Positions 1 to 9,007 of a stretch of DNA of 49,231 nucleotides are shown in pieces. The position numbers and the translations under genes were made by a program. The stretch spans positions 1 to 49,231 of IMG/VR virus record IMGVR_UViG_3300031949_000058, one strand, 5' to 3'. A model generated the notes under the pieces. It did no database searches. It worked only from the letters and a program-made list of their open reading frames with translations, and was not told where the DNA came from. The stretch comes from a virus (taxonomy: Duplodnaviria > Caudoviricetes). How positions within the stretch are numbered: position 1 is the stretch's first letter; every line of letters starts with the position of its first letter.

Positions 1-138
1 ACTCCAGGCCGGCGCGTCGACACTCGCGAGTCTCGTCGTCTCGGGCGGGTCGACGCTCGCTTCGCTGCTGGTCGTGGGCGGGAGTCAACTCCAGGGCGGT
101 GTCTTGACGCCGACGTTGGAAGTTACGACGTCCTCCAC
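1..138. repeat. Terminal direct repeat, left copy (circular overlap)
   Basis: Identical to 49094-49231 except G127 vs A49220 (synonymous ACG/ACA). Confidence 0.97.
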
Positions 139-484
139 GCTCGCGGGCGCCGTGAGCTTCCCTGGCATTCAGATCGCGGCGTTGTCGACGGGGAATACCG
201 ATAACTTCGCGCTGGCGTCTTCGGCGTCAGTGCTGTTGCTCAGTGCGCCAGCCGGTGGATCGACCTTGACCGGGATCAGTGGCGGATATTCCGGTCGCAT
301 CCTGACCATCGTGAGCACCTCTGGAAATAGTTGGGTCCTTGGATTGAACAATGTGGGCTCCTCAGTGGACTGTCGGATTTTTGCTGAAGGGGCAGCTGGG
401 TCCACAACCATTTTCACGCTGACCAAGCGCGCGGTAGGGTTGCAGTACGTGAACAGTCAGTGGGTGGCCTTCGCCGGTCAGTAA
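2..484 (+). CDS. 3' part of a Ser/Thr-rich tail fibre/needle-like protein (226 aa) that starts at 48897 and crosses the circular join
   Basis: Frame is continuous with the ATG at 48897; beta-strand repeats (GGSTLASLxV); follows the tail nozzle gene. Confidence 0.65.
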   Translation, partial: LQAGASTLASLVVSGGSTLASLLVVGGSQLQGGVLTPTLEVTTSSTLAGAVSFPGIQIAALSTGNTDNFALASSASVLLLSAPAGGSTLTGISGGYSGRILTIVSTSGNSWVLGLNNVGSSVDCRIFAEGAAGSTTIFTLTKRAVGLQYVNSQWVAFAGQ

Positions 485-485
485 G

Positions 486-851
486 ATGGCGGACAAAGGC
501 ACGGTCGAACTCTTGCTCAATGTGCTGCCGACAGAGCAGCGTCGCCCCATCGGTGACGCCATCAAACACGTCATGGAGACGTGGCGACACGGCCAGCCGG
601 ACGAGGGAAAGCGGGCGACGAATGGGCAGTGGTATCTGCGGTCGAGCACAACGCCGAGCACGGCGAACACGGAGTTTTCGATCGTGCACGGGCTGAGCGC
701 GGCGCCGACGGCGATTTATCCGGTGTTGTTTCTGAGCGAGGTGGGGTCGCAACTCGTGCCGTTGCAGGTGAGTCGGGCGGCGGACACCGTGCGGATCTAT
801 TTGACCAGTTCCAGCACGAGCGCCGCGTTTTCCGTGTGGGTGGAACCGTAA
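486..851 (+). CDS. Putative tail-associated structural protein, 121 aa
   Basis: Tightly packed in the tail module; S/T clusters RSSTTPSTA and TSSSTSA. Confidence 0.6.
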   Translation: MADKGTVELLLNVLPTEQRRPIGDAIKHVMETWRHGQPDEGKRATNGQWYLRSSTTPSTANTEFSIVHGLSAAPTAIYPVLFLSEVGSQLVPLQVSRAADTVRIYLTSSSTSAAFSVWVEP

Positions 852-1720
852 TGAATTGGGAACGCGTAGCCATCGTAGGCACGGCCGCATCCTGGCAAAA
901 CACGCCATGGACCGATACGGGCCTGTCAATCATCTCGCTCAATGACGCGTATAAATTACCCGGGTTCGTTCGGGCCAATGCGTGGTTCGACATGCACCCG
1001 CTCGATCGGTTCTACCATCCGACGCCGGGTCAGCAGGTGTTCGCGCATCAGGTGCCCTCCGGGTATTACGTCCGCCCGGCGGATCATCTGGCGTGGTTGG
1101 GCACGCAAGTGGTCCCGACGTATCTGCACCCGCAGTACCGCGAGCAGCATCCCGCCGCGGCCACCTGGGCGCATGCGCGGCCGTTTCCGCGTGCCGAGAT
1201 TGAGGACTACTTCGGCTATGCCGCGGGGACCGACGAGAAGTATTACAGCACGTCGTCCCCGGCCTGGATGCTCGCGCTCGCCCTGTTGCAGGGCGCGCGG
1301 GAAGTGCATGTCTACGGGATTCACCTCTCGACGCAGCGCGAATACATCGAGCAGCGCCCCAACTTTGAATCGCTGCTCGGGCGCGTATTGGGCCGGGGTA
1401 AGCAACGGGTCCGCGTGGTGGATGGGATGCGCCACTACGAAACGGCTGACGGCCATGTCGTGTTGCCGGACGCCACGCCGATCTTCCGAGCGGATTTTCA
1501 GTACGCCTTCGAACCGTGTCCGCGCACGGCCGAGGACCCGTTGCAGTGGGACATCCACAAAGCGCAGGTGAAACAACAGCGCGCGGTGCAGGCGTTGATC
1601 GACCGCAAGTGGTACCAGCGGACGCGACCCTTGCGGGACGACCTCGCGCGCGCGCGCGCGCGGATGTCCGACGCGCAGGAAGCCTTACAGCATTGCCAAC
1701 TCGTGAGCACATGGAGCTAG
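851..1720 (+). CDS. Maf/sialyltransferase-fold (GT29/GT42/DUF115-like) glycosyltransferase candidate, 289 aa
   Basis: ATG 851 overlaps the upstream TAA. VAIVGTAAS..IISLND and SSPAWMLALALLQGAREVHVYGIHL resemble the two conserved blocks of the CMP-sugar transferase fold. Confidence 0.55.
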   Translation: MNWERVAIVGTAASWQNTPWTDTGLSIISLNDAYKLPGFVRANAWFDMHPLDRFYHPTPGQQVFAHQVPSGYYVRPADHLAWLGTQVVPTYLHPQYREQHPAAATWAHARPFPRAEIEDYFGYAAGTDEKYYSTSSPAWMLALALLQGAREVHVYGIHLSTQREYIEQRPNFESLLGRVLGRGKQRVRVVDGMRHYETADGHVVLPDATPIFRADFQYAFEPCPRTAEDPLQWDIHKAQVKQQRAVQALIDRKWYQRTRPLRDDLARARARMSDAQEALQHCQLVSTWS

Positions 1721-1724
1721 CCCG

Positions 1725-2144
1725 ATGATGACGCCAACTACTTCGAACGGTTCCGATGACGCGATTCGCCGCGCCTTGCAGATTCTGGCCGGGATGTCCG
1801 GCGGTGGGGTACAAGGCTACCCGCAAGACATTGGGGGCAGTACGCCGAGCGGCGGCGGCGCCATAGGGAATGCCGCGAGCCAAGCGGGCGGCGGCGGGAC
1901 CACCTCAGGCGGGGGCACCTCGGGCGGGGGCACCGGCGGTGCCAGTCTGCCGCCGCAGTTGGAAGCCTTGCTGAATATGATGCTGAGCCGGATGCAGATG
2001 CAGGACCCGCTGTTCCAGTCTGTGACCAATCAAGCGTTGTGGGGGTTGCCGAAATACGCGCAAACCCTCGGCCTCGGCAACAACGGCGGCGGTGGCAGCA
2101 ATATCTTCCCTGGCACTGGGGAAGGTCCCGTCATCACCGGCTAA
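1725..2144 (+). CDS. Gly-rich putative internal virion/ejection protein
   Basis: G/S/Q-rich composition; position after tail genes. Confidence 0.55.
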   Translation: MMTPTTSNGSDDAIRRALQILAGMSGGGVQGYPQDIGGSTPSGGGAIGNAASQAGGGGTTSGGGTSGGGTGGASLPPQLEALLNMMLSRMQMQDPLFQSVTNQALWGLPKYAQTLGLGNNGGGGSNIFPGTGEGPVITG

Positions 2145-2154
2145 GGAGTGACAC

Positions 2155-3390
2155 ATGGCAGGTTTCTACGGTACCCCCACCAGCACGTACGACCCGACCA
2201 CGCAGCCCGTCATCACCGGGGCGCCGTCGGGGTCATCACAATTGCCGCAGCCACCGACGGCGCCCGCGGACACCTCTGCGCCACAAGGGATGAGCGTCTA
2301 CGATTATTTGCGCGATCTCTTTGGTGGCGGGAATCGGCAACAGCTGACCGGCGAAGGCGATTTCTTCAACGAGTTCGACGTGACCCGGATGGGGTCGCAG
2401 TTCGACCCGAACTTCTTGAATCAGATGCGGCGGTGGCTGGAATCACTCGGCATCAAAATGCAATACAAGCCGAGCGATGCGGGCCAGCCGAGCGGACGGA
2501 TCACGCTGCCGAACGGGATCACTGTTGACACGAATGTTGGTGGACAATGGGGCTGGCTCATTCGCGGTATCTTGTCGGGCGGCGGCGGGACGAACTTCTC
2601 GGGGACCGGGGGCACGTCGGGCATCTTCGGGCGCCCGGCCACGGCGGCCGAATTGGCGTTCGGCGATAACCACGCCTCACAAGACCTCACCGCCAATAGC
2701 GTGTTCTCCGATCCGGCCACGGTCGAATGGGAACAGATGCTCCGGCAGCTCGTGCAGCGGATGCAGCAGCCGTACTCTGATCCCGACGTGACGGCGACCC
2801 AGGATTACCTGCGAAAGTATTTCGAGCGGCTGCAAGGACCGGCGTACACCCCGCAAGAACTGGATCTGCTCAACACGCAGCAGATCGATCCGTTGACGGC
2901 GGACCGCGACGCGAACCGGCAGAAGGTCTTGCTCTGGGCGCAGTCGCACGGAATGACGCCGGAGTCGGGGCCGGTGCAACAACTCTTGGCCGATGCGGAT
3001 CGCCAGTACGAAGCGTTGCGGACACGGTCGCGGGCGGACATTGCAACGCGCGCGATCGACCTGGGGCGCGAGAACGAAGCGAAAGCGACGCAAGTCGGCT
3101 CGATGCTCTCGGCGCTCAAAGAGCACGTCTTCGACAAAAACGAAGGGCGGTTCGGTCAGTCGGTGCAGACCTTCAAGCAGATCCCCGAACTGGCGGATAC
3201 CCGGCTGCAGCTCGCGATGCAGGCGCTCGGAATGGGCGGCGGCGGCGCGGTGAACGGGTTGGGCAATGCCCTGAATTTGCTCGGGCAGTTTCAGAACTCG
3301 AAAAGCGGCGGCGGGACGGATAGCGATGCACAATTCTGGGCGTCGCTCTTGGGCGCGGCGGCCACGGCCGCACCGTATTTCGCGGCATAA
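2155..3390 (+). CDS. Putative DNA ejection (pilot) protein, 411 aa
   Basis: AAGGAG RBS; helical Q/A-rich sequence with Gly-rich hydrophobic C-terminus; podovirus synteny. Confidence 0.6.
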   Translation: MAGFYGTPTSTYDPTTQPVITGAPSGSSQLPQPPTAPADTSAPQGMSVYDYLRDLFGGGNRQQLTGEGDFFNEFDVTRMGSQFDPNFLNQMRRWLESLGIKMQYKPSDAGQPSGRITLPNGITVDTNVGGQWGWLIRGILSGGGGTNFSGTGGTSGIFGRPATAAELAFGDNHASQDLTANSVFSDPATVEWEQMLRQLVQRMQQPYSDPDVTATQDYLRKYFERLQGPAYTPQELDLLNTQQIDPLTADRDANRQKVLLWAQSHGMTPESGPVQQLLADADRQYEALRTRSRADIATRAIDLGRENEAKATQVGSMLSALKEHVFDKNEGRFGQSVQTFKQIPELADTRLQLAMQALGMGGGGAVNGLGNALNLLGQFQNSKSGGGTDSDAQFWASLLGAAATAAPYFAA

Positions 3391-3393
3391 ATT

Positions 3394-3684
3394 ATGGATA
3401 CCAGCCAACTCGCCACGACCACGCGGACCGCTCCTGATCAATGGCAAAAGATCATTGGCCTGCTCGGTCAGCTGTACACGTCAGGCAGTCAATCACAACA
3501 GGCGTCGGCGACGCCGTTTCAGCCGGTGCCGCTCGCCGACACGATGGCGCCTCCGTCCCAGATGGGCGGCGGCAACATGGCGGCGATTCAGCAAGCGTTG
3601 CAAATGCTCGCGCAGATGATGCAGCAGCGACAGACCGGCGGGAGTGAGTTGCCGGGGCCGATTAGTGGGATCGGCGGGTACTGA
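3394..3684 (+). CDS. Q/M-rich putative internal virion protein, 96 aa
   Basis: Packed between ejection-like genes; QQALQMLAQM resembles RRALQILAGM in the 1725 product. Confidence 0.55.
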   Translation: MDTSQLATTTRTAPDQWQKIIGLLGQLYTSGSQSQQASATPFQPVPLADTMAPPSQMGGGNMAAIQQALQMLAQMMQQRQTGGSELPGPISGIGGY

Positions 3685-5360
3685 TGGCGCTGTTTGACCA
3701 GCTCGACGATCCGCTCGGCGGGCCGCTCGTCGTGCCCTCGCCTGGGCTGGCGGGCGCCGCCCCGCTCGATCTCGGGCTGCCGATGCAACGACCGATGGCG
3801 CCGCAGGACCAGGTGTTGCGCGTGCCGCGGGAAGAAGGGGCCGGTGGGTGGCAAACCGCGCTGATGACGTTGATCCCGGCGTTGCTCGCCGGCATCGCGG
3901 GACCGAAGCGCCCGGTCGGGCGCGGACTCGCGGCCGTGGCGCAGCAGATTCCACAGATGGCGATGCAGCAGCAGCGGTTCCAACTGCAACAGCAGCAATA
4001 CGAGGCGGTCAATGACTACCGCCAGCAGCAGATTGCGGCGCGACAGGACGCCGAACAGCGGCAGCGCGACCAGATGGCGCAGCGGGCCTTGACGTCGGCC
4101 GGCGCCGAGCTCGGGAAGCTCGACGACCGCGAAGCGTACGAAAAGAACGTGGCGCGGTTTGGGGCGACCTTTGAGGCCGCGGGATTCCCACGGCAGAACG
4201 CCGAGGCGTTGCGCCGGATGTTTCCGTTCCGTCCCCCAGACACCGCGAAGCTCGCGGAGCAGGCGCTCACCGCGTATTACAAGAACGACCTCGTCAAGAA
4301 GCGGCTGGACAAGGACGGCCCGACGGCCATCATCAACGACGTCATCACGATTGGGAAGGGGCCGGACGCGCAGCGCGTGCCGGTGCTCGAGGCGCACAAG
4401 CTCGCCGGGCAGGAGATGCGGATCGGGGAGAAGGACACGATCCCGCTGGAGAGTTTGCAGCAGTGGCCGGCCGCGGTGCTGGCGGCGAAGCAGCAATTCT
4501 TCGATGAAACGAAGCGGACCCCGACGGCGCAAGACAACCCGGTAATCTTCGAACGGGCCAAAGCGTTGATGGCGAACAAGGACGAGGCGGACGTGGAGAT
4601 CGCGCGACGCCTCAAAGAGTTGCAAGTGCAGAACGCTGAACTTGGCGTGGACGTAAAGCAACAGCAGCTCGCGCAGGGGGGCCGCGGCGGATCGGGCGGC
4701 TCCGACATCGACGTGATCGCGGATGCGATTGTGAGTGGCGCGCAGCCCCCGACGACGCAGGGGATGTATCGCAACACCGCGGCGCTCCGGGCCGCGCTGG
4801 CGCGACGCGGGTACAACCTCACGGCGGCGAATCTGGACTGGCAAGCGGCCGCGCGCCACATGGCGACCCTGAACGGCCCGCAACAGACACGGCTCCGTCA
4901 AGCCTTGGAAACCGCGGACCATTCGCTCGACATCATTCGGGATCTCGCGGAACAGTGGCAGGGTGGCCGATTCCCGGCGTTGAACAAGGGCCGACTTGTG
5001 GCCGCGAAGCAGGGCGCGCTGGGACCAGAGGCCCAGAAAATTGCGACCACGCTCGAGGCGCAGATTACGGACGTCACGTCGGAGTTGAGCAACGTCTACA
5101 TGGGCGGCAACTCGCCCACCGACCAAGCTTTGCACTTAGCCACGAAAAATCTCTCCGCGGACTGGTCCCTTCCGCAGTTGCTCGCGGCGCTCGACCTTGC
5201 CCGTCGGAACCTGGGGATTCGCCGGAACTCGATCGAGCAAGCTGGGGCGCAGGGCGTGAGTCCGACCAATCCGTACGCGCCGCCTCAACTAAGCGCACCG
5301 CCGGCGATGCGGTTTGAACGCGACCCGAAGACCGGCAAACTCGTCAAGGTAGGGGGATAG
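3684..5360 (+). CDS. Putative DNA ejection protein, 558 aa
   Basis: Long coiled-coil Q/A-rich ORF with TGATG coupling; synteny. Confidence 0.6.
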   Translation: MALFDQLDDPLGGPLVVPSPGLAGAAPLDLGLPMQRPMAPQDQVLRVPREEGAGGWQTALMTLIPALLAGIAGPKRPVGRGLAAVAQQIPQMAMQQQRFQLQQQQYEAVNDYRQQQIAARQDAEQRQRDQMAQRALTSAGAELGKLDDREAYEKNVARFGATFEAAGFPRQNAEALRRMFPFRPPDTAKLAEQALTAYYKNDLVKKRLDKDGPTAIINDVITIGKGPDAQRVPVLEAHKLAGQEMRIGEKDTIPLESLQQWPAAVLAAKQQFFDETKRTPTAQDNPVIFERAKALMANKDEADVEIARRLKELQVQNAELGVDVKQQQLAQGGRGGSGGSDIDVIADAIVSGAQPPTTQGMYRNTAALRAALARRGYNLTAANLDWQAAARHMATLNGPQQTRLRQALETADHSLDIIRDLAEQWQGGRFPALNKGRLVAAKQGALGPEAQKIATTLEAQITDVTSELSNVYMGGNSPTDQALHLATKNLSADWSLPQLLAALDLARRNLGIRRNSIEQAGAQGVSPTNPYAPPQLSAPPAMRFERDPKTGKLVKVGG

Positions 5361-5361
5361 G

Positions 5362-6636
5362 ATGCCGCGACGGGTCCAAACACCAGACGGTATCGTGGAG
5401 TTTCCTGATGATGCCACGGACGCTGAGATTGACGAGGCGCTGAACGCCGGGGCCGCAACAACGCCATCACCGCCTCGTACCTGGACGGACATGGCAGTCG
5501 ATGCCCTGCCAATGATCGGGGGCGCGGCGGGGGGCGTCCTCGGGGCCATCTCCGGGATTCCGTCGTTAGGGCTGGGGAGCCTGCCGGCCGCCACGGTGGG
5601 CGCTGGCGTCCTCGGGGCCGGCGGGGAAGCCGCCCGACAAATGATCAACCGGCTGCGCGGTAAGCCGGCGCCGGCGTCGATGGGTGAGGCGGCGACCGAC
5701 ATTGCCGTGCAGGGGGCCGGGCAGGGCGCGCTGGAGCTTGGGGGGCAACTCGCGCCGCGGGCGCTCATGGCGGGCGGGAAGGCCGTGTATCGCGGCTATC
5801 TGAAACCATCCCTATCGAAAATCAACGTCAAGAAGGCGGCCGAGATTGTCGACACGGCATTTCGGGAAGGCTTGCCGATCACGGAAGGGGCTACCACGGT
5901 CGCCCGTACGCGAATCGCTGAACTCAAGGCCCGCGTGGATACCGAGCTTGCTAGAACGCCCGGTGAGGTGAATCTGACCGATGTGGCGAACAAAGTGCGG
6001 ACCTGGGCGCGCACGATGTACGGGCGAGCCGGGCGGGCGCCGGAGGATCTGGAGGCAGCGTTGAAGGTGGCCGACCGGATCGACAGCCACCCGTCACAGC
6101 TCAACCCGTTCAACCCACAAGCCCCGGTGACCGCGAGTGCGACGACGGCCAACCAGATCAAGCGTGATCTGCAAGAAGGCGTCGGCCCGACGCAGTACGG
6201 CATCCAGAGCAGAGCGGCGAAGACCGCCGAGAAGATGGGCGCGCGGGAGACGCGGGTCGCGGTCGAAGGGCTGGCGCCCGACGTGGCTCCGCTGAACATG
6301 CGGGAGAGCAAATTGATTGACCTCGCGCGCAGTCTGATGCAAGCCACTGGGCGCGAAGCCAATCAAAGCAAATTGCACGGCGTGAAGACCATCGGGAGCG
6401 TGATGTTCGGCGGGGAAGAATATCGCCGGACGGGCGATCCGTACAGTGCTGCCGGGAAAGCGCTGGCACTGCGCATGTTCCTATCGCCTATTGCAGCAAC
6501 GAACGCCGCGCTGCTCGCCGGCAAAATGGGGCAGAAAGTGCCTGGCACTGCCGCTGCGGACGTGGCTCGCGCCGCCGTGCAGGCAGTGCTAGAAACCGGC
6601 CAGTTTAGCCAAGACGAACAGGGCAGCAGGAAGTAG
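5362..6636 (+). CDS. Putative DNA transfer/ejection protein, 424 aa
   Basis: N-terminus QTPDGIVEFPDDATDAEI and a Gly/Ala-rich hydrophobic segment, as often seen in podovirus internal proteins. Confidence 0.6.
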   Translation: MPRRVQTPDGIVEFPDDATDAEIDEALNAGAATTPSPPRTWTDMAVDALPMIGGAAGGVLGAISGIPSLGLGSLPAATVGAGVLGAGGEAARQMINRLRGKPAPASMGEAATDIAVQGAGQGALELGGQLAPRALMAGGKAVYRGYLKPSLSKINVKKAAEIVDTAFREGLPITEGATTVARTRIAELKARVDTELARTPGEVNLTDVANKVRTWARTMYGRAGRAPEDLEAALKVADRIDSHPSQLNPFNPQAPVTASATTANQIKRDLQEGVGPTQYGIQSRAAKTAEKMGARETRVAVEGLAPDVAPLNMRESKLIDLARSLMQATGREANQSKLHGVKTIGSVMFGGEEYRRTGDPYSAAGKALALRMFLSPIAATNAALLAGKMGQKVPGTAAADVARAAVQAVLETGQFSQDEQGSRK

Positions 6637-6792
6637 GACGAAGAGAAACATGAGCAACCAGCCCAGGCCAGCACAGATCATGGAAGTCCAGCGCCGCACA
6701 GGCGTGAACGGGTCAGCGCTGCGGTCAATCGCGAAGACGATGCCGCAGAGCAGCAACAAGACGAGCGCGATCAAGCCGTCCACTCGCCTCAT
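6589..6792 (-). CDS. Small two-TM membrane protein, possible superinfection exclusion factor
   Basis: Two hydrophobic stretches; fills the gap between the ejection gene and the endolysin on the opposite strand. Confidence 0.5.
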   Translation of the reverse strand: MRRVDGLIALVLLLLCGIVFAIDRSADPFTPVRRWTSMICAGLGWLLMFLFVLLPAALFVLAKLAGF

Positions 6793-6826
6793 AGGGTAGC
6801 ACGCCGATGAGAGTCAAAGCCACCTA

Positions 6827-7315
6827 ATGGATAGAGCGCTCGATAGTTTGTCGTCCGATTTCAAGCGGCTTGTCTACGAAGGGATCGCGCGGCTGACCGA
6901 GCGCCAGTACTACGTCCTCATCGCCCAGACCAGCCGTACGCTCGCCGAGCATAACCACAACCTTGCGACGGGCGCTTCGCGCGTGGGCAAGAGCAAGCAC
7001 CTGTCACGGAAGATGCGCGGCCTCATCACTGGCACGGCGGAAGACGAGAAGTCCGACGCGATCGATCTCGTGCCGTGGGAGGTCTACCAGCTCGCGGGGG
7101 ACGACAAGCTCTTATGGTCGGATGTCGCAAGCCCGGAAGCGGTCAAGGTGTTCGCGGCGATTCGTGACATTGGCGAGATGTTGGGGCTGCGTTCAGGCGC
7201 GCGCTGGCAGAACCCACATGATCCGGGGCACTGGGAATTCTTGTTACCAGGTGAACGCTACAGGGACATTCCAGCAACGAGCGCGGCTTTTGTGGTCCAC
7301 GGAGTACATGCCTGA
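6827..7315 (+). CDS. Endolysin, peptidase M15 family (L-Ala-D-Glu peptidase-like)
   Basis: Zinc-binding motifs SKH..DAID..GARW..DPGHWE; upstream of holin-like genes. Confidence 0.8.
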   Translation: MDRALDSLSSDFKRLVYEGIARLTERQYYVLIAQTSRTLAEHNHNLATGASRVGKSKHLSRKMRGLITGTAEDEKSDAIDLVPWEVYQLAGDDKLLWSDVASPEAVKVFAAIRDIGEMLGLRSGARWQNPHDPGHWEFLLPGERYRDIPATSAAFVVHGVHA

Positions 7316-7320
7316 GCCGG

Positions 7321-7730
7321 TGAGTCACGAAGAGGTGAGGATGAAAGAGTTGGCGAATCGAGCAGAAGCGGATAAGAACGATGCCCACGGTGGAGCGCCG
7401 TCGTCTTGTGCTCGCACGACAGCTTCGCAGGGTCGCCTCGGGAATTTCGCAACCGCTCGGTATCCCTCACGCCGTCTCGGTTCACCGACCGTCTTAACGC
7501 CAGTTCGGTTTCTTCGTGCCGCGTCGCTTCGTGCGTCCAGTCAATTGCTTGCTGTACTTGCGATTCGCTCCGATGGGACTCATGGCAGCCTCAGTGAAGG
7601 GCTCTCTGAACGGGTTGTTGATCGGCCGGAAACAGCCACTGAAGGCTGCGAGCGACGGCCCCCGGTGTTGCCGAGAGTCGTCATGGTCCGCGTTTTCGCA
7701 CGGCCGCAAGGCCGAACCCGCAGAGAGCCA
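7321..7730 (+). ncRNA. Putative large structured RNA (element A)
   Basis: Many complementary segments, a GCAA-capped hairpin (7701-7714) and G-U pairs favouring the + strand; the overlapping ORF does not look protein-like. Confidence 0.55.
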
Positions 7731-7744
7731 AGGCAGATTCTAGC

Positions 7745-7942
7745 ATGAGCGAGCCGGTTAGCAACGCCCACCAAGTGATCGAAAAGACCTTGGTGTGTTT
7801 CAAGTGTCACATGACGAATCTGCTCGGCGCCTCGGCATACGTGACGTGCGATTTACGCGCTGGGACGGCCGATTGTTCCGTGTGCGGGGCCAGTGGGCCG
7901 CTGGCGAAGTTCCAACCGACGCCTCGTTCTGAAGGAGATTGA
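7745..7942 (+). CDS. Small zinc-ribbon protein, 65 aa
   Basis: CFKC and CSVC motifs. Confidence 0.6.
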   Translation: MSEPVSNAHQVIEKTLVCFKCHMTNLLGASAYVTCDLRAGTADCSVCGASGPLAKFQPTPRSEGD

Positions 7943-7943
7943 C

Positions 7944-8198
7944 ATGCCTCGGTTCGACTGGACGATCACGCTGGGCACCGTCCTCGCCATATTCGGCATC
8001 GTCGCCGGTACCTGGGCCGCCATGTCGCGTCTCTACAGCCTCCTCGATAAACGGCTGGCGATTTTCGAGAACATGCTCTCCGCACACGCGAACACCTTGA
8101 TTTCGCATTCTGCCCGCATGGAACGCCAGGATGATGTGCTCCGAGAAGTCACCGGCAAGTTGGAGCGCGTGGCCGGACGTTTGAACGGTCGGACGTAA
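7944..8198 (+). CDS. Single-TM plus coiled-coil lysis-cassette protein (holin/antiholin-like), 84 aa
   Basis: AAGGAG RBS; N-terminal TM segment ITLGTVLAIFGIVAGTW. Confidence 0.6.
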   Translation: MPRFDWTITLGTVLAIFGIVAGTWAAMSRLYSLLDKRLAIFENMLSAHANTLISHSARMERQDDVLREVTGKLERVAGRLNGRT

Positions 8199-8224
8199 GC
8201 TGGCACGGCCAGAGAGAGAGAGTC

Positions 8225-8593
8225 ATGGAATCCGAAGTCGTTTCCCAATTCACCAGCGCCGCGGTGATCGTCTATTTCCTCCAAGTCGTCAAGCGGTCGA
8301 AGTTCTTTCCGTGGCTGACGATGGAGACGGCGCGAATGAATCATCTCGTCGCCGTGGCGCTCGCGATCGGGACGGCGATCGGGATTCGCGTGGTGTTCGA
8401 TGTCCACACGGGCACCGCGACGATCACCGGCCTGACCGTACAGAACGTGCTCTCGACTGGCTGGCACGCCGCCCAGCAGTACGTGATGCAGCGTGTCACC
8501 TATGACGCCGTGGCGAAGCCGGTGCCCGTGCCGGTGGTGAATGTGCTGAGCGCCGAGGAAGTCTTGGCGCGGATCCCGAAAGTGGTGGTGTGA
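8225..8593 (+). CDS. Putative holin, 122 aa
   Basis: Two to three hydrophobic segments; lies in the lysis cassette. Confidence 0.6.
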   Translation: MESEVVSQFTSAAVIVYFLQVVKRSKFFPWLTMETARMNHLVAVALAIGTAIGIRVVFDVHTGTATITGLTVQNVLSTGWHAAQQYVMQRVTYDAVAKPVPVPVVNVLSAEEVLARIPKVVV

Positions 8594-8781
8594 TGGACCC
8601 CTACACCCAACTCGTCGACAAGATCCTGACGATCATCGTGACGTTGATCGAGCGGGACAAGTTGATTCTCGAAGCGTTGCCGGCGGACGCACGTGCCGAA
8701 GTGGCGCTGGCGCAGTACGCCGATCAGAAAGCCTGGCGCGACTTCTGGCAGGATCTGTTCAAGATTTTCAAAAAGCCGTGA
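8593..8781 (+). CDS. Hypothetical protein, 62 aa
   Basis: TGATG coupling; amphipathic basic C-terminus. Confidence 0.55.
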   Translation: MDPYTQLVDKILTIIVTLIERDKLILEALPADARAEVALAQYADQKAWRDFWQDLFKIFKKP

Positions 8782-8782
8782 G

Positions 8783-9007
8783 ATGGTGCGCGTGCTGTTC
8801 TGCCGGCGGTGTGACGCGGGCTATCCGTCGATCGCGGGCGATGTCCCGCGCGTGTGCCCACATTGTAGCCACGCGGCTGGATGGACGACGCAATCGGCGC
8901 TGGTGGCGACGTCCGCGGTCGACCCTCTGAAACCCTACGCACTCACCGGGACGGATGGCCGGTTCCTGAAATCGATCGGAATCGCGGCCGAGGACGAGGG
9001 ACCCTAG
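8783..9007 (+). CDS. Zinc-ribbon protein, 74 aa
   Basis: CRRC and CPHC motifs. Confidence 0.55.
   Translation: MVRVLFCRRCDAGYPSIAGDVPRVCPHCSHAAGWTTQSALVATSAVDPLKPYALTGTDGRFLKSIGIAAEDEGP

Noticed and set aside
7321-7745. Group I or II intron in element A
   Set aside because: GTTCACCGACCG and ATGGTCC resemble P7 strands, but the P/Q/R/S order, G-binding site, splice sites and a domain V could not be fitted.
7308-7748. 146-aa ORF as a functional protein
   Set aside because: R/S/A-rich with no motif, and the DNA is better explained by base pairing. Kept only as a possible relay frame.
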